Source: an uncultured Bifidobacterium sp. (GTDB taxonomy: Bacteria; Verrucomicrobiota; Verrucomicrobiia; Limisphaerales; JADLHS01). Taken from it: 64,000 nt of DNA. Shown piece after piece: positions 16,311 through 24,867 of the stretch (position 1 is the first letter of the stretch; every line of letters starts with the position of its first letter). Below the pieces are notes generated by a model. That model had not been told where the DNA came from and did not search any database. It saw only the letters and a program-made list of their open reading frames with translations. The stretch spans positions 22,548-86,547 of the forward strand of contig CAZQNQ010000018.1 of assembly GCA_964594985.1 (NCBI GenBank), given 5' to 3'. A program made the translations under genes and the position numbers.

Positions 16311-18223
16311 AGCTTGATCGCGTTTGTTCCCTGGGGCAGGGATTTCAAGTGTTCCAACAAAATCCGCCGCACCTCCTCAATGGCCGCCGGCTTGGTCTGG
16401 ACGGTGTGACCACTGTTCACGATCAACTCAGACTCGGCGTAGTCCAGATGCGCGCTGGTGTATTTGACCACGCCATCACTGCCGAGTTTCGGATCGCCGT
16501 CGCCTTTCACGGCGATGATGGAATGGACTTTGACCCCCGGGGCCGGGGGGATTTCGGCGAACGCCTGCAACACCGGATTCTTCGGCGACATGCCGGCGAC
16601 ACTGCTGGGCACCCCCCGCAATTCGGGCGGCAATTTCGAGCCCTCGAACACTTTGGACAGGTCGGTGCTGATCCGGAGGATATCGAAGGGAAGGGACATG
16701 AAACTGGCGAGAATGTTCTGCAGAAACATGGTGATCTGATAACTGCCACGGTGCGGCGTGGCGAGGAACACCACCCGCTTCACTGCGGGGATTGACTGGA
16801 AAAAAAAGTTCCGCTGCAGCATGGCCCGGTCTTCGGGCGTCAGCGCGATCGTGTCAAAGTCGGCATCCGTCACGGCTTTCCAGAGCTTGTCCTGGACGTC
16901 CGTCACGGCCAGTTTGGCGAGCAGGCCGCCCTGGCTGTGTCCGATGAGCACCATCTGCTGCAACGCGGGATCGCGGCCCTGGGGATCCAGGCGGTGGATG
17001 GTGTTCGTCAGCGCATCGCGAAACTCCGCCGCCGTGAACAACACCGGCTTGCCGCTGTTATAGATATAATACCAGAGTTGATACCGGGAGCCGATCAGCG
17101 GGTCCGCCTGCAACGAGTTGGCCATCTCCGCCCACCAGGTGGGCGTGCTGAACGTGCCGTGAACGAACACCACCGGCACCCGCCCGGGTTCGTACGGCTG
17201 CATCTGGTAAACATCGCTTTTGACGATCTGGTGGTAGGAGAAGAATTGCTGCTTGCCGATTTCCCAAACCCAGGAGCTGTTGAGCGCATAGGCCAGCGGT
17301 GTGGTCGTGTCGGTCCGGATCGGGATCTGTTGCCCGGCCAGCTCAATCGTCCGTCGCTGGAATCCCGAAACCAATTCCAACGTGACCACCGCTTCCCCGC
17401 TGCTCCATTCCTTGACGTCTTTGGGCCCGCGCAGGATGAGGGTTGCGGGGATGTGCCGGCCCGTCGTCGAACCTTTGGCGTTATTGATGACGCCGATCAA
17501 CGTCGCGCCCAGACCACCCTGCTCGTTGCGCACCGACAAGCCCCGCACCTTGAATTCATCCGCCGCAAAAAAACTGGTGTTCTGCAACAACTCCTCGGTC
17601 TGGCTGCAAGGGTACCATTCCAGTTTGACCGTCCCCACCGCCAGGGCGCGTCCGCCGAGTTCCAACTTGAGCATGCGGTTGCTACTGCCGACGATGAAGG
17701 CTTGGGCCAGCGCGAAGTTGTAAAGATCGCACGCGGACCGGAATTGCGGCTCAAATGGTCCGGCGGGCTTTTCCTCCCCACCGCCGAAGAGATACAAGTA
17801 AGCATAGATCGCCGCACTGAGGTAATAGTCCTGCGTTCGTTTCGGCACCCAAGGTTTGATGCCCCGGCTGGTGCTGAGTTTTTTTGCATGCGCATAACAC
17901 AGTTCCGACAGGGCGAACAACACGTCGCGCCGCTGATCCGCGCTCGCCTTCTGATGCAACAGCCGCAATACCTCCTCCGGGTTTTCGGTGAACTTCTGCT
18001 CCAGATCAAACCGGTAGAGCACCAGCCGCGTCTCGCTGCTGTACGAACTCCCGCTCAAAGCGCTCTGATTTGCGCTGCGGTAAGCCTTGGTAAACGTGGT
18101 CTTGCGCGCGGAGATCGGATAGCTGCATCCCGCCCCCACCATCAGAACCGCCACCAGTCCCCAAGTGAGACTGCGTCGCAGGCCGCTCCGGCGGTTGCTC
18201 GCGGTTGGAATGTTCATGGCCAT
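16307..18223 (-). CDS. Large alpha/beta-hydrolase (lipase/esterase-like) lipoprotein
   Basis: Lipobox MVGAGC after ATG 18223 (or 18217; the track start 18298 is upstream). VPVVFVHGTFSTPTWWAEM...YQLWYYIYNSG...MVLIGHSQGGLLA (GxSxG). The stop overlaps the start of the Omp85 gene (16307-16310, ATGA). Confidence 0.7.
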   Translation of the reverse strand: MAMNIPTASNRRSGLRRSLTWGLVAVLMVGAGCSYPISARKTTFTKAYRSANQSALSGSSYSSETRLVLYRFDLEQKFTENPEEVLRLLHQKASADQRRDVLFALSELCYAHAKKLSTSRGIKPWVPKRTQDYYLSAAIYAYLYLFGGGEEKPAGPFEPQFRSACDLYNFALAQAFIVGSSNRMLKLELGGRALAVGTVKLEWYPCSQTEELLQNTSFFAADEFKVRGLSVRNEQGGLGATLIGVINNAKGSTTGRHIPATLILRGPKDVKEWSSGEAVVTLELVSGFQRRTIELAGQQIPIRTDTTTPLAYALNSSWVWEIGKQQFFSYHQIVKSDVYQMQPYEPGRVPVVFVHGTFSTPTWWAEMANSLQADPLIGSRYQLWYYIYNSGKPVLFTAAEFRDALTNTIHRLDPQGRDPALQQMVLIGHSQGGLLAKLAVTDVQDKLWKAVTDADFDTIALTPEDRAMLQRNFFFQSIPAVKRVVFLATPHRGSYQITMFLQNILASFMSLPFDILRISTDLSKVFEGSKLPPELRGVPSSVAGMSPKNPVLQAFAEIPPAPGVKVHSIIAVKGDGDPKLGSDGVVKYTSAHLDYAESELIVNSGHTVQTKPAAIEEVRRILLEHLKSLPQGTNAIKL

Positions 18224-18322
18224 CGAATTTTCTCGGCGGCGGGGTGGCCGATGCCCATCGCGGCACCGCCAAAACCCGACGCTGAAGCCCCGGGCCACCG
18301 GAGGACCCGGGCTGACGCCGGA

Positions 18323-18916
18323 TTACTGGCTGACCCGCAAATCCTGCAACGCTTCCGTCACCGCCGCCTGGATGTGTTCCTTGCGGACCTCCTCCGGCGC
18401 ATTGCGCAGGACCGGTCGCACGACCGAGGAACGCTTCAACACCTTCGACGTGGCGGGGTCAACCAGATCAATGACCAGCAAACCGGCTTCCGAATAATTC
18501 ACCGCAGTGATCACGTTGCCTGATGCGTCATGAGCCTTTTCGCCGATTTCCTCCCCTTCCCGCCCCAGTCCGAAATAATCATCCACCAAAAGCGTCGCCG
18601 CGCCGTTCCCAAGGACGACGAGGTAAGCCACCGCCAACTCGGCCTGGCCATCCACTTTCTTAAAGCCCTTGGCGGTCAGATTCTCCGTGATGGCTTCCTG
18701 GATCGCGCCATGCACGAACTTCCGCCGCTCGCCCCGCTCGCCCCGCTGCGCCAAGGCGGAAGCCTTGTTCGCGACGAAATTAAAAGTGCCGGGGCGGATC
18801 GGACCGGTATCCACCTGCAACGGCGGGTTGGAAGTGGAAGAACAACCGGCAAACGCCAGCACGGCGGTCAACGCCAGGACAGAGATACGAAAGAGGTGCA
18901 ATGTGGAGGATTTCAT
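18323..18916 (-). CDS. Lipoprotein, DUF4136-like
   Basis: MKSSTLHLFRISVLALTAVLAFAGCSS (lipobox; ATG 18916). ...AELAVAYLVVLG...GLLVIDLVDPATSKVLKRSSV resembles the DUF4136 pattern. The family call is tentative. Confidence 0.5.
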   Translation of the reverse strand: MKSSTLHLFRISVLALTAVLAFAGCSSTSNPPLQVDTGPIRPGTFNFVANKASALAQRGERGERRKFVHGAIQEAITENLTAKGFKKVDGQAELAVAYLVVLGNGAATLLVDDYFGLGREGEEIGEKAHDASGNVITAVNYSEAGLLVIDLVDPATSKVLKRSSVVRPVLRNAPEEVRKEHIQAAVTEALQDLRVSQ

Positions 18917-19108
18917 TTTGCGACAGGTGTGGATGGTTGGTTTGAAAATAATACTTCCGGGCCGGGCCAATCACGAACCGGCCCATCGGAACAGGCCGCG
19001 CGGCGGGAGGACTTGCCGGCCCCGACCGGTGGGCGGCGACAGGCAAATCACCTGCCGCTGCGCCACCGCCGGTTGATTTAAGCTCAGGAACAATCGGACA
19101 ACGTCAGG

Positions 19109-19792
19109 TTACTTCTTCGGCTCGCCTTCCGCCGGTGTTTCGGGCATTTTCGCCGCCGTGATGGCCGCGACGACCGTGTTCAACTCGGCTTCCAGTTCAT
19201 CCAGGTTTTCCTTCACCTCCACGCCTTCCTTCTTGGTCTTCTTGAAAACCCCCTTCAGCGCGGAAATGCCCTGCACCGTCAGATCGGTGCTGAGCGCCGT
19301 GCGCAAATCCTTCAAGTCCGCCAGATAAATCGGGAACGATTCCTTGGCGTCCTGGGCGGATTTCTTGATGTTGCCAAACGCTTCCTGCAACTTGGCCTTA
19401 CGTTTCCGGGCCAGGTCGCGGATCTTTTCGTTCTGCACCGCGGCGATCTGGGCTTCCCATTGCTGGAAATACTCGGCCCCCTTGGCTTGCATGGTTTCGG
19501 CGTTCTTCTTGGCCGTGTTGCCGGCGTTTTCCACCTGGGTCACGCTCTTGGCAAACGCTTCATATGCCTTGCGCGGGTCCTTGCTCGCCGCCGCCACCAG
19601 ATCATCCATCGCCTTCATCGAGGCGTCCACGGCGATCTTGATGTTCAAGACGTCGGTGCGCAGGGTGTTGATTGATTCGCCGGTCTGGTCGGCTTGTTTG
19701 TAACCAGAGGAACTGGCGCAGCCAGCCATCAACGCCGCGCACACGAGTGCGAGCAGCGGCGTCAACCATTGGGATGTGTTTTGTTTTTTCAT
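19109..19792 (-). CDS. Coiled-coil lipoprotein, DUF2959-like
   Basis: MKKQNTSQWLTPLLALVCAALMAGCASS (ATG 19792). Helical repeats with ...AEYFQQWEAQIAAVQNEKIRDLARKRKAKLQEAF...LADLKDLRTALSTDLT. The family call is tentative. Confidence 0.5.
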   Translation of the reverse strand: MKKQNTSQWLTPLLALVCAALMAGCASSSGYKQADQTGESINTLRTDVLNIKIAVDASMKAMDDLVAAASKDPRKAYEAFAKSVTQVENAGNTAKKNAETMQAKGAEYFQQWEAQIAAVQNEKIRDLARKRKAKLQEAFGNIKKSAQDAKESFPIYLADLKDLRTALSTDLTVQGISALKGVFKKTKKEGVEVKENLDELEAELNTVVAAITAAKMPETPAEGEPKK

Positions 19793-20037
19793 AGGAGTTA
19801 CAGGTGTTGCCATGTTGTTAATTTCGTCCGCCCCCCGTGGTCGGTTCGCCCGCCGCGGACCGGGCCGCGAACTCTTTCTCGACTGGAAAATCTCAAGCCC
19901 GGATTGCATAACTGGTTTTGTCGCTTACGGAAAGGCCAAAATGACGGGGTCACCTTGAAACCGTCCTCCGCTCGCAATCCAAAATTCTTCAACACATAAC
20001 TCTGCTGGCGGCGGACGGTTTCCATCCGCCACGCGGA

Positions 20038-20676
20038 TCAAAACCGCACCGTGGCATAGATGATGCCGGTGGCCAGTTGCGCATCCCGCGAGAGATTATC
20101 CTCGTAATTCAGCCGGAGGCCGACACCGATCACCGTAAAGTGAAACGCGGTATCCAGCGTGTAGGTCATGGTGCGCAGATCCGTGAACTCCGCATATCGG
20201 ATCGCCGGCGTGGTGTGCAGCAGGCCCGGGATGATGGTGATGCCAATGCCCGCGCCCAGCCCGTATCCCGGCGTCCAGTCTGTTTCGGGCGTATAGGCCA
20301 AGGCGTCATTACGCGCCACCGAGAGCCCGGCCCCGATGTAGGGATTCAAGAAACCGGTCAGGGAAACGCCGAAGCGCGCGTCCACATCCAGTTCATCGCG
20401 CCGGAACGGCTGGGTATCCTGGGAATCCAGATGCAGATAGTCCGCCCGCAGACTGAAATTCGAGAACAACAACTTTCCCACTTCCCACTTCATTCCCGCG
20501 GCGACGCCCAGCAGGTCAGCATCACCACCCGGCAACCTGGCCTGCCCGAATGCCGGCCCGGCCTCGATGGAAAACTCGGCCGCCGGATCATCCGCCCGCG
20601 CCACGCCACCAGCGACCAACAACAACCCTGCCCCCAACAGCGGCAGACCCGCCCGTTGCAACGATTTTATGTTCAT
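20038..20676 (-). CDS. Small outer-membrane beta-barrel protein (OmpW/porin-family-like)
   Basis: Signal peptide MNIKSLQRAGLPLLGAGLLLVAGGVARA. Alternating-hydrophobicity strands; C-terminal IIYATVRF. Confidence 0.65.
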   Translation of the reverse strand: MNIKSLQRAGLPLLGAGLLLVAGGVARADDPAAEFSIEAGPAFGQARLPGGDADLLGVAAGMKWEVGKLLFSNFSLRADYLHLDSQDTQPFRRDELDVDARFGVSLTGFLNPYIGAGLSVARNDALAYTPETDWTPGYGLGAGIGITIIPGLLHTTPAIRYAEFTDLRTMTYTLDTAFHFTVIGVGLRLNYEDNLSRDAQLATGIIYATVRF

Positions 20677-20719
20677 GGAAGTTTCCTTTCAGTGGTTGGT
20701 TGTTCTTGTTCTCTGCCGG

Positions 20720-21496
20720 TCAATTGGTGACGTAATAGGGCAGCCAGCGTTTGATGATGGTGTTGGCGCGACCGTCCTTCTGCATTTTGGCGAGCGCCTG
20801 ATTGGCCGCCGCCAACAGTTCCGGATCCGATTTGCGCACCGCCCAGGAGAGCCGTTCTTCCGTCAGAAAAATCGGGACGACCGCCAGCCCCTCCGCCTCA
20901 TTCATGCTGGCCTGCCAGGAGGCCATGGTTGAATCACTGATGAACAGATCAATTTTTTTCTTCACCAGCGCCTTGGCGGCCTCCTGCGGCGACTTGAACT
21001 CCTTGCGCTTGTTGCGGCCAAATTCCTGTTGCACCAGAAAATCACCCGTGGTGGCCTTGAGCACCCCGATGGTGCCGCTCGGCACGATGGGAAAGCCCAT
21101 GACATATTTGTTGAGATTCTCCCGCCGCACCAATGCCACCTGCCCCACACTGAGATAGGAATCAACGAATGCCACCCGCAACGCCCGCGCCGGCGTGACC
21201 GACATGCTGGACATGATGATGTCCGTCTTCCCTTCCACCAACGCCGGGATCTGATCCTCCCAGGCGACTTCCACCAGCTTGACCGGCCGCCCCAGTTCCT
21301 CGCCCAAAGCCTTCGCAAAATCCGCTTCCAACCCGATCGTCTTGCCCGCTTCCTTGTAAACCATGGGCGCAAACCCAAGCGTCACGCCCACCCGCAGCGG
21401 AGTCGGGGCATTCGTCTGCGCCTGAGCCATCCTCCCCCCGCAGGCCAGCAAGAGCGTGATGATGAGAAATCGGGTGAGGCTAAGTGTTTGCTTCAT
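20720..21496 (-). CDS. Periplasmic substrate-binding protein, family 3 (amino-acid ABC type), orphan
   Basis: LRVGVTLGFAPMVYKEAGKTIGLEADFAKALGEELGRPVKLVEVAWEDQIPALVEGKTDIIMSSMSVTPARALRVAFVDSY is typical of SBP_bac_3. ATG 21496 (MKQTLSLTRFLIITLLLACGG). No permease or ATPase gene is adjacent. Confidence 0.8.
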   Translation of the reverse strand: MKQTLSLTRFLIITLLLACGGRMAQAQTNAPTPLRVGVTLGFAPMVYKEAGKTIGLEADFAKALGEELGRPVKLVEVAWEDQIPALVEGKTDIIMSSMSVTPARALRVAFVDSYLSVGQVALVRRENLNKYVMGFPIVPSGTIGVLKATTGDFLVQQEFGRNKRKEFKSPQEAAKALVKKKIDLFISDSTMASWQASMNEAEGLAVVPIFLTEERLSWAVRKSDPELLAAANQALAKMQKDGRANTIIKRWLPYYVTN

Positions 21497-21619
21497 AAAC
21501 ATACAATGCTGCGACTGCATTCGACTGGTTTCCTCGCCGGCGACCCAGTGCTGATACAACCACACTTGAATCGGCCAGAAGAGACGGCGGGTTCAGGCCC
21601 GCCGCTGTTGATTTACGGC

Positions 21620-21648
21620 ACCTTAGCCACTTGGCTGGGCAGCGTCAA
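21620..21648 (-). promoter_or_regulatory. Candidate sigma70-type promoter (minus strand) for the SBP gene, just downstream of repeat D1
   Basis: Minus-strand reading: TTGACG (21648-21643), 17 nt spacer, TAAGGT (21625-21620). Confidence 0.3.
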
Positions 21649-21668
21649 AAACTATATCGTAACGCGGA

Positions 21669-21772
21669 GTGTGACTGGAACTGCCGCTCACCGCCGCGAT
21701 TCTTAATCGTAATCTTAATCTTGTTCTTAATCTTCAGGCCCGGGAGATTAAGATTAAGAAAAAGATTAAGAG
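21669..21772. repeat. About 100-bp repeat 'D' copy 1 (G+C-rich head plus TTAAGA/TCTTAA-rich hairpin)
   Basis: gtgtgactggaactgccgctcaccgccgcgattcttaatcgtaatcttaatcttgttcttaatcttcaggcccgggagattaagattaagaaaaagattaagag. About 90% identical by eye to 33408-33505, in the same orientation. Confidence 0.85.
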
Positions 21773-21796
21773 CGCGTAATAAAAAGACCGTTGCGG

Positions 21797-21869
21797 GTAG
21801 GGCGCGCCAGTCCCTGCGCGCCGTTCCGTGCCAGTCAGCCGCCGGCGCGCAGGGACTGCCGCGCCCTAC
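21797..21869. repeat. Long G+C-rich hairpin (26-bp arms, 1 mismatch)
   Basis: GTAGGGCGCGCCAGTCCCTGCGCGCC (21797-21822) versus GGCGCGCAGGGACTGCCGCGCCCTAC (21844-21869). Confidence 0.8.
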
Positions 21870-21922
21870 CTGCCACAGCAAAAAGTTCATTTTGTTACAG
21901 GCTCTAAGCCGAATCCATGCAG

Positions 21923-22084
21923 TTGGAACAGGCAAACAGAGAAGACCGAGAGTAGCGAAGTCAGATATTCGACGTTGTTACTCCAGTTCCGGAGCCACTG
22001 TTTTGTGGCTGCCGGACTTCGTCTCAAACCGTCCAGGCCCGCATCGTTTCCGGCTCTGTTTTCTCCGTTCCCTCCTGTTCAAAA
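21923..22084 (-). repeat. E-type palindromic repeat, copy with about 100-nt central insert (intergenic)
   Basis: Arms ttGGAACAGGCAAACAGAGAAGACCGAGAG (21923-21952) and GGCTCTGTTTTCTCCGTTCCCTCCTGTTCAAAAG (22052-22084) match the arms of the copies at 62498-62602 and 63011-63099. Confidence 0.5.
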
Positions 22085-22246
22085 GAATCGTTCCGGCTAA
22101 GAGCAAAAGCTGCGCGACAGTTCCAGTCGCATCCCGTGACGCGCGCCACCGCACACGGCGGCTTGACCTTTTGCGGCTGGTCGTCATGATTCGCGCCGTG
22201 ATGAAACCTCATCACCCAACTCCGACCGACGCCCAATCCGCCGCCT

Positions 22247-23245
22247 ATGATCACCGTCGCCGTCTTTGACACCAAACCTTACGACCGCGAAGCGCTGCAA
22301 CAGATCGCCACCCCCGGCATCGCGTGGCACTTCCTCGACTTCCGCCTGACGAAAGAAACCGCGCCGTTGGCCAAACCCGCCCGCGCCGTTTGCGTGTTCG
22401 TCAACGACCAGTTGAACCGTCCCTGTCTCGAAGCGCTCGCGGAGCAAGGCGTCGAACTCATCGCGCTCCGCTGCGCCGGCTTCAACAACGTGGACCTCGC
22501 GGCGGCGAAAGCACTCCAACTCACCGTCACCCGCGTGCCCGCTTATTCGCCGCACGCCGTGGCCGAACACGCCGTGGCGTTGCTGCTGGCGTTGAACCGC
22601 AAGATTCATCGCGCCTACAACCGCGTGCGAGAACAAAACTTTTCGCTGCACGGCCTGGTCGGATTTGATCTCCACGGCAAGACCGCCGGCATCATCGGCA
22701 CGGGCAAGATCGGCCGGCTCGTCGCCCAGATCCTGCGCGGCTTCGGCATGACCGTGCTCGCCTACGACCCGTTTCCCGCGACCGACTGGGCGCAACAGCA
22801 CGGAGTGACTTACGGAGACGCCCGCACCCTCATGCAAAACAGCGATGTGGTTTCGCTCCACCTTCCGCTGACGCCGGAAACCAAACACCTGATCCGCGAG
22901 GAGACTCTGGCGGTGATGAAACCCGGCAGCGTGCTCATCAACGTCAGCCGGGGCGCGCTGATTGATACGACGGCACTGATCGCCGCGCTCAAGTCCGGAC
23001 AACTGGCGGGCGTGGGTTTGGACGTCTATGAGGAAGAGGAAGGAATTTTCTTTGAAGACCTGTCCGGCCAGGTGTTGCAGGACGATGAACTCGCCCGGCT
23101 GCTCACGTTTCCCAACGTGCTGATCACCGCGCACCAGGCATTCCTCACGCGCGAAGCCCTCGCGGAGATCACCCGCGTCACCGTCGCCAACCTCACCGCG
23201 CTCGCCGCCCGCACCGCGTTTGTGCCGGGGTCGGTGTTGACCTGA
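22247..23245 (+). CDS. ldhA: D-lactate dehydrogenase (D-isomer-specific 2-hydroxyacid dehydrogenase)
   Basis: Collinear with E. coli LdhA as I recall it: MITVAVFDTKPYDREAL..., LRCAGFNNVDLAAAK, RVPAYSPHAVAEHAVALLLALNRKIHRAYNRVREQNFSL, GKTAGIIGTGKIGRLVAQILRGFGM, NVSRGALIDT, TAHQAFLTREAL. Confidence 0.9.
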   Translation: MITVAVFDTKPYDREALQQIATPGIAWHFLDFRLTKETAPLAKPARAVCVFVNDQLNRPCLEALAEQGVELIALRCAGFNNVDLAAAKALQLTVTRVPAYSPHAVAEHAVALLLALNRKIHRAYNRVREQNFSLHGLVGFDLHGKTAGIIGTGKIGRLVAQILRGFGMTVLAYDPFPATDWAQQHGVTYGDARTLMQNSDVVSLHLPLTPETKHLIREETLAVMKPGSVLINVSRGALIDTTALIAALKSGQLAGVGLDVYEEEEGIFFEDLSGQVLQDDELARLLTFPNVLITAHQAFLTREALAEITRVTVANLTALAARTAFVPGSVLT

Positions 23246-23356
23246 AATGTTTTGAGGAACTTGAAGCGCACGCGTAAAGCACCGAAACTGCCAAGAACGC
23301 CAGCCGCCCCGGCCTCAGGCATTCACTCCCCGGCCACTAAATCAGGGCAAGGCCAC

Positions 23357-24448
23357 TCAGCGCCTGAACCGCTCTGCCACCGCTGAATTGGTGGTGATGG
23401 CCAGGCTGAAGTATTCCCCAGCAGCTATCGCAGCCACATCGCTCAAACCTGCTGGCACTCCATACTTGGTCCTCGACCCATGCCCCCAAACAACCACATT
23501 CCCATCTGCTTTTAGTGCCATGCTATAAGCTTGGCTGGCGGCGATAGCCACAACATTCGTTAACAGCTGGCCCTCAATCATAACTAAGCCACTGGCTCTG
23601 CATTCAGGGTCCGCATGCACCTTCCCGTTAATCACCACCAACCCGCGAGCTTCGTTCTCAATGTCCGCCTTAGACTTCTGTTTTGTCCGAATCCCAGTTG
23701 CTTGTCCATAATCATTGGCACCCCATCCGAAAACCGTCCCATCACGTTTCAAGGCGAGGCTATGATTCCGACCAAGCGCGGCAGCAACTACATTGCTCAA
23801 CGAAGTTGGAGGCCGCAAATCAGGCATATCCAACCCTGGCGTCCAACCAATTACACCGCCATCCGACAAGATCGCAATACTACGCTCAGTCGCATCACCG
23901 GCAGAGGCAATTCCCACGACATTACTAAACTCGACACTATACTTGTCTGGCATCGGCCAACTGACTATGCGCCCACTCTTTGTCAGCGCTGAACTGCGCA
24001 TGTGGCCCGTTGCAATTGCAACGACGTCTTTCAAGTCAAGTGGTGGCCCAATAGGCGTTTTCTTTCCTAACGGTTTTGACCCCCAACCTACCACCGTTCC
24101 GTCATCTTTGAGTGCCATGCTGTAGTCATGTCCGGCGCAGATTGACACAACATTAGATAACCCTGACGGCACGGTTGCCTGCCCAGAATAATCAGAACCC
24201 CAACCATAAACGTGGCCGTCTTGACTAAGTGCCAGTCCGTGCGCCGTGCCTGCCGCTACTTGAACAATGTTACTCAGCTGGACACTTGCTATATGCACTG
24301 TTCCTGTTGCTGGTTTTGCAATCCCGTCGTCGCCAACGCACCGCCCCCACATCACGACGCTCCCAGATACAGCCCCCAAAACGCACCAACACGAAGAAAG
24401 TATAAACAAAGCGACCAAAGTGATAAACATAACCAGTTGGGATTTCAT
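23357..24448 (-). CDS. RCC1-repeat (beta-propeller) protein with N-terminal signal/anchor
   Basis: About 7 repeats of the type HSLALKRDGTVFGWGANDYGQATG, HGLALSQDGHVYGWGSDYSGQATVP and YSMALKADGNVVVWGHG. N-terminal MKSQLVMFITLVALFILSSC. G+C lower than the flanks. Confidence 0.8.
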   Translation of the reverse strand: MKSQLVMFITLVALFILSSCWCVLGAVSGSVVMWGRCVGDDGIAKPATGTVHIASVQLSNIVQVAAGTAHGLALSQDGHVYGWGSDYSGQATVPSGLSNVVSICAGHDYSMALKDDGTVVGWGSKPLGKKTPIGPPLDLKDVVAIATGHMRSSALTKSGRIVSWPMPDKYSVEFSNVVGIASAGDATERSIAILSDGGVIGWTPGLDMPDLRPPTSLSNVVAAALGRNHSLALKRDGTVFGWGANDYGQATGIRTKQKSKADIENEARGLVVINGKVHADPECRASGLVMIEGQLLTNVVAIAASQAYSMALKADGNVVVWGHGSRTKYGVPAGLSDVAAIAAGEYFSLAITTNSAVAERFRR

Positions 24449-24655
24449 AACGACTATTACTGCTCCACTGTAGTGACAGCGTCCAAGATTCCCCGGCGTG
24501 CTGTTATTCCAAACTTCGTAATTGGAACAAGCGCCATGAAACTCCCACCTTTAACTCCGGGCAAGACCAATTTTGCCAAAGTCTCATCATCTTTGGCTTC
24601 TGCCGCTTAGAGTGTACTGCAAAAAGAATGTCGGAAACGGGGGACTGGCAAAACG

Positions 24656-24717
24656 CCCCTCACCCCGGCCCTCTCCCCATCCGATGGGGAGAGGATGGCC
24701 GCAGGCCGGGTGAGGGG
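24656..24717. repeat. Palindromic 'PSDGER' repeat, copy 2 (intergenic)
   Basis: CCCCTCACCCCGGCCCTCTCCCCATCCGATGGGGAGAGGatggccgcaggCCGGGTGAGGGG. Both the inner and outer stems are intact. Confidence 0.85.
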
Positions 24718-24829
24718 TTTTCTCATCTCAACCCGGAAATTATTTCTGAGAACCAATCTAGGCGTTTCGCTCGACACGAACTGCATGAAGACAGACATTG
24801 GAGACCAAGAAACTTACCGGGCGTCACGG

Positions 24830-24859
24830 TTGACTTGCGTCGCGGCAGTTCGATAGGCT
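24830..24859 (+). promoter_or_regulatory. Candidate sigma70-type promoter for the second Omp85-like gene
   Basis: TTGACT (24830-24835), 18 nt spacer, TAGGCT (24854-24859), giving a very short leader before ATG 24868. Confidence 0.25.
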
Positions 24860-24867
24860 TTCAGCGC

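Noticed and set aside
11643-18523. Long plus-strand ORFs (11643-13364, 13605-14696, 14862-16175, 16937-18523)
   Set aside because: All are antisense to the lipase/Omp85 operon genes, which have clear motifs and signal peptides. Their translations are low-complexity Arg/His/Gly-rich. Shadow ORFs.
21566-22246. Possible CRISPR array or gene in the 680-bp repeat-rich region upstream of ldhA
   Set aside because: It contains three different, unrelated palindromic elements rather than regularly spaced direct repeats with unique spacers. No cas genes are present. The ORFs here (21631-22269 etc.) are repeat translations.
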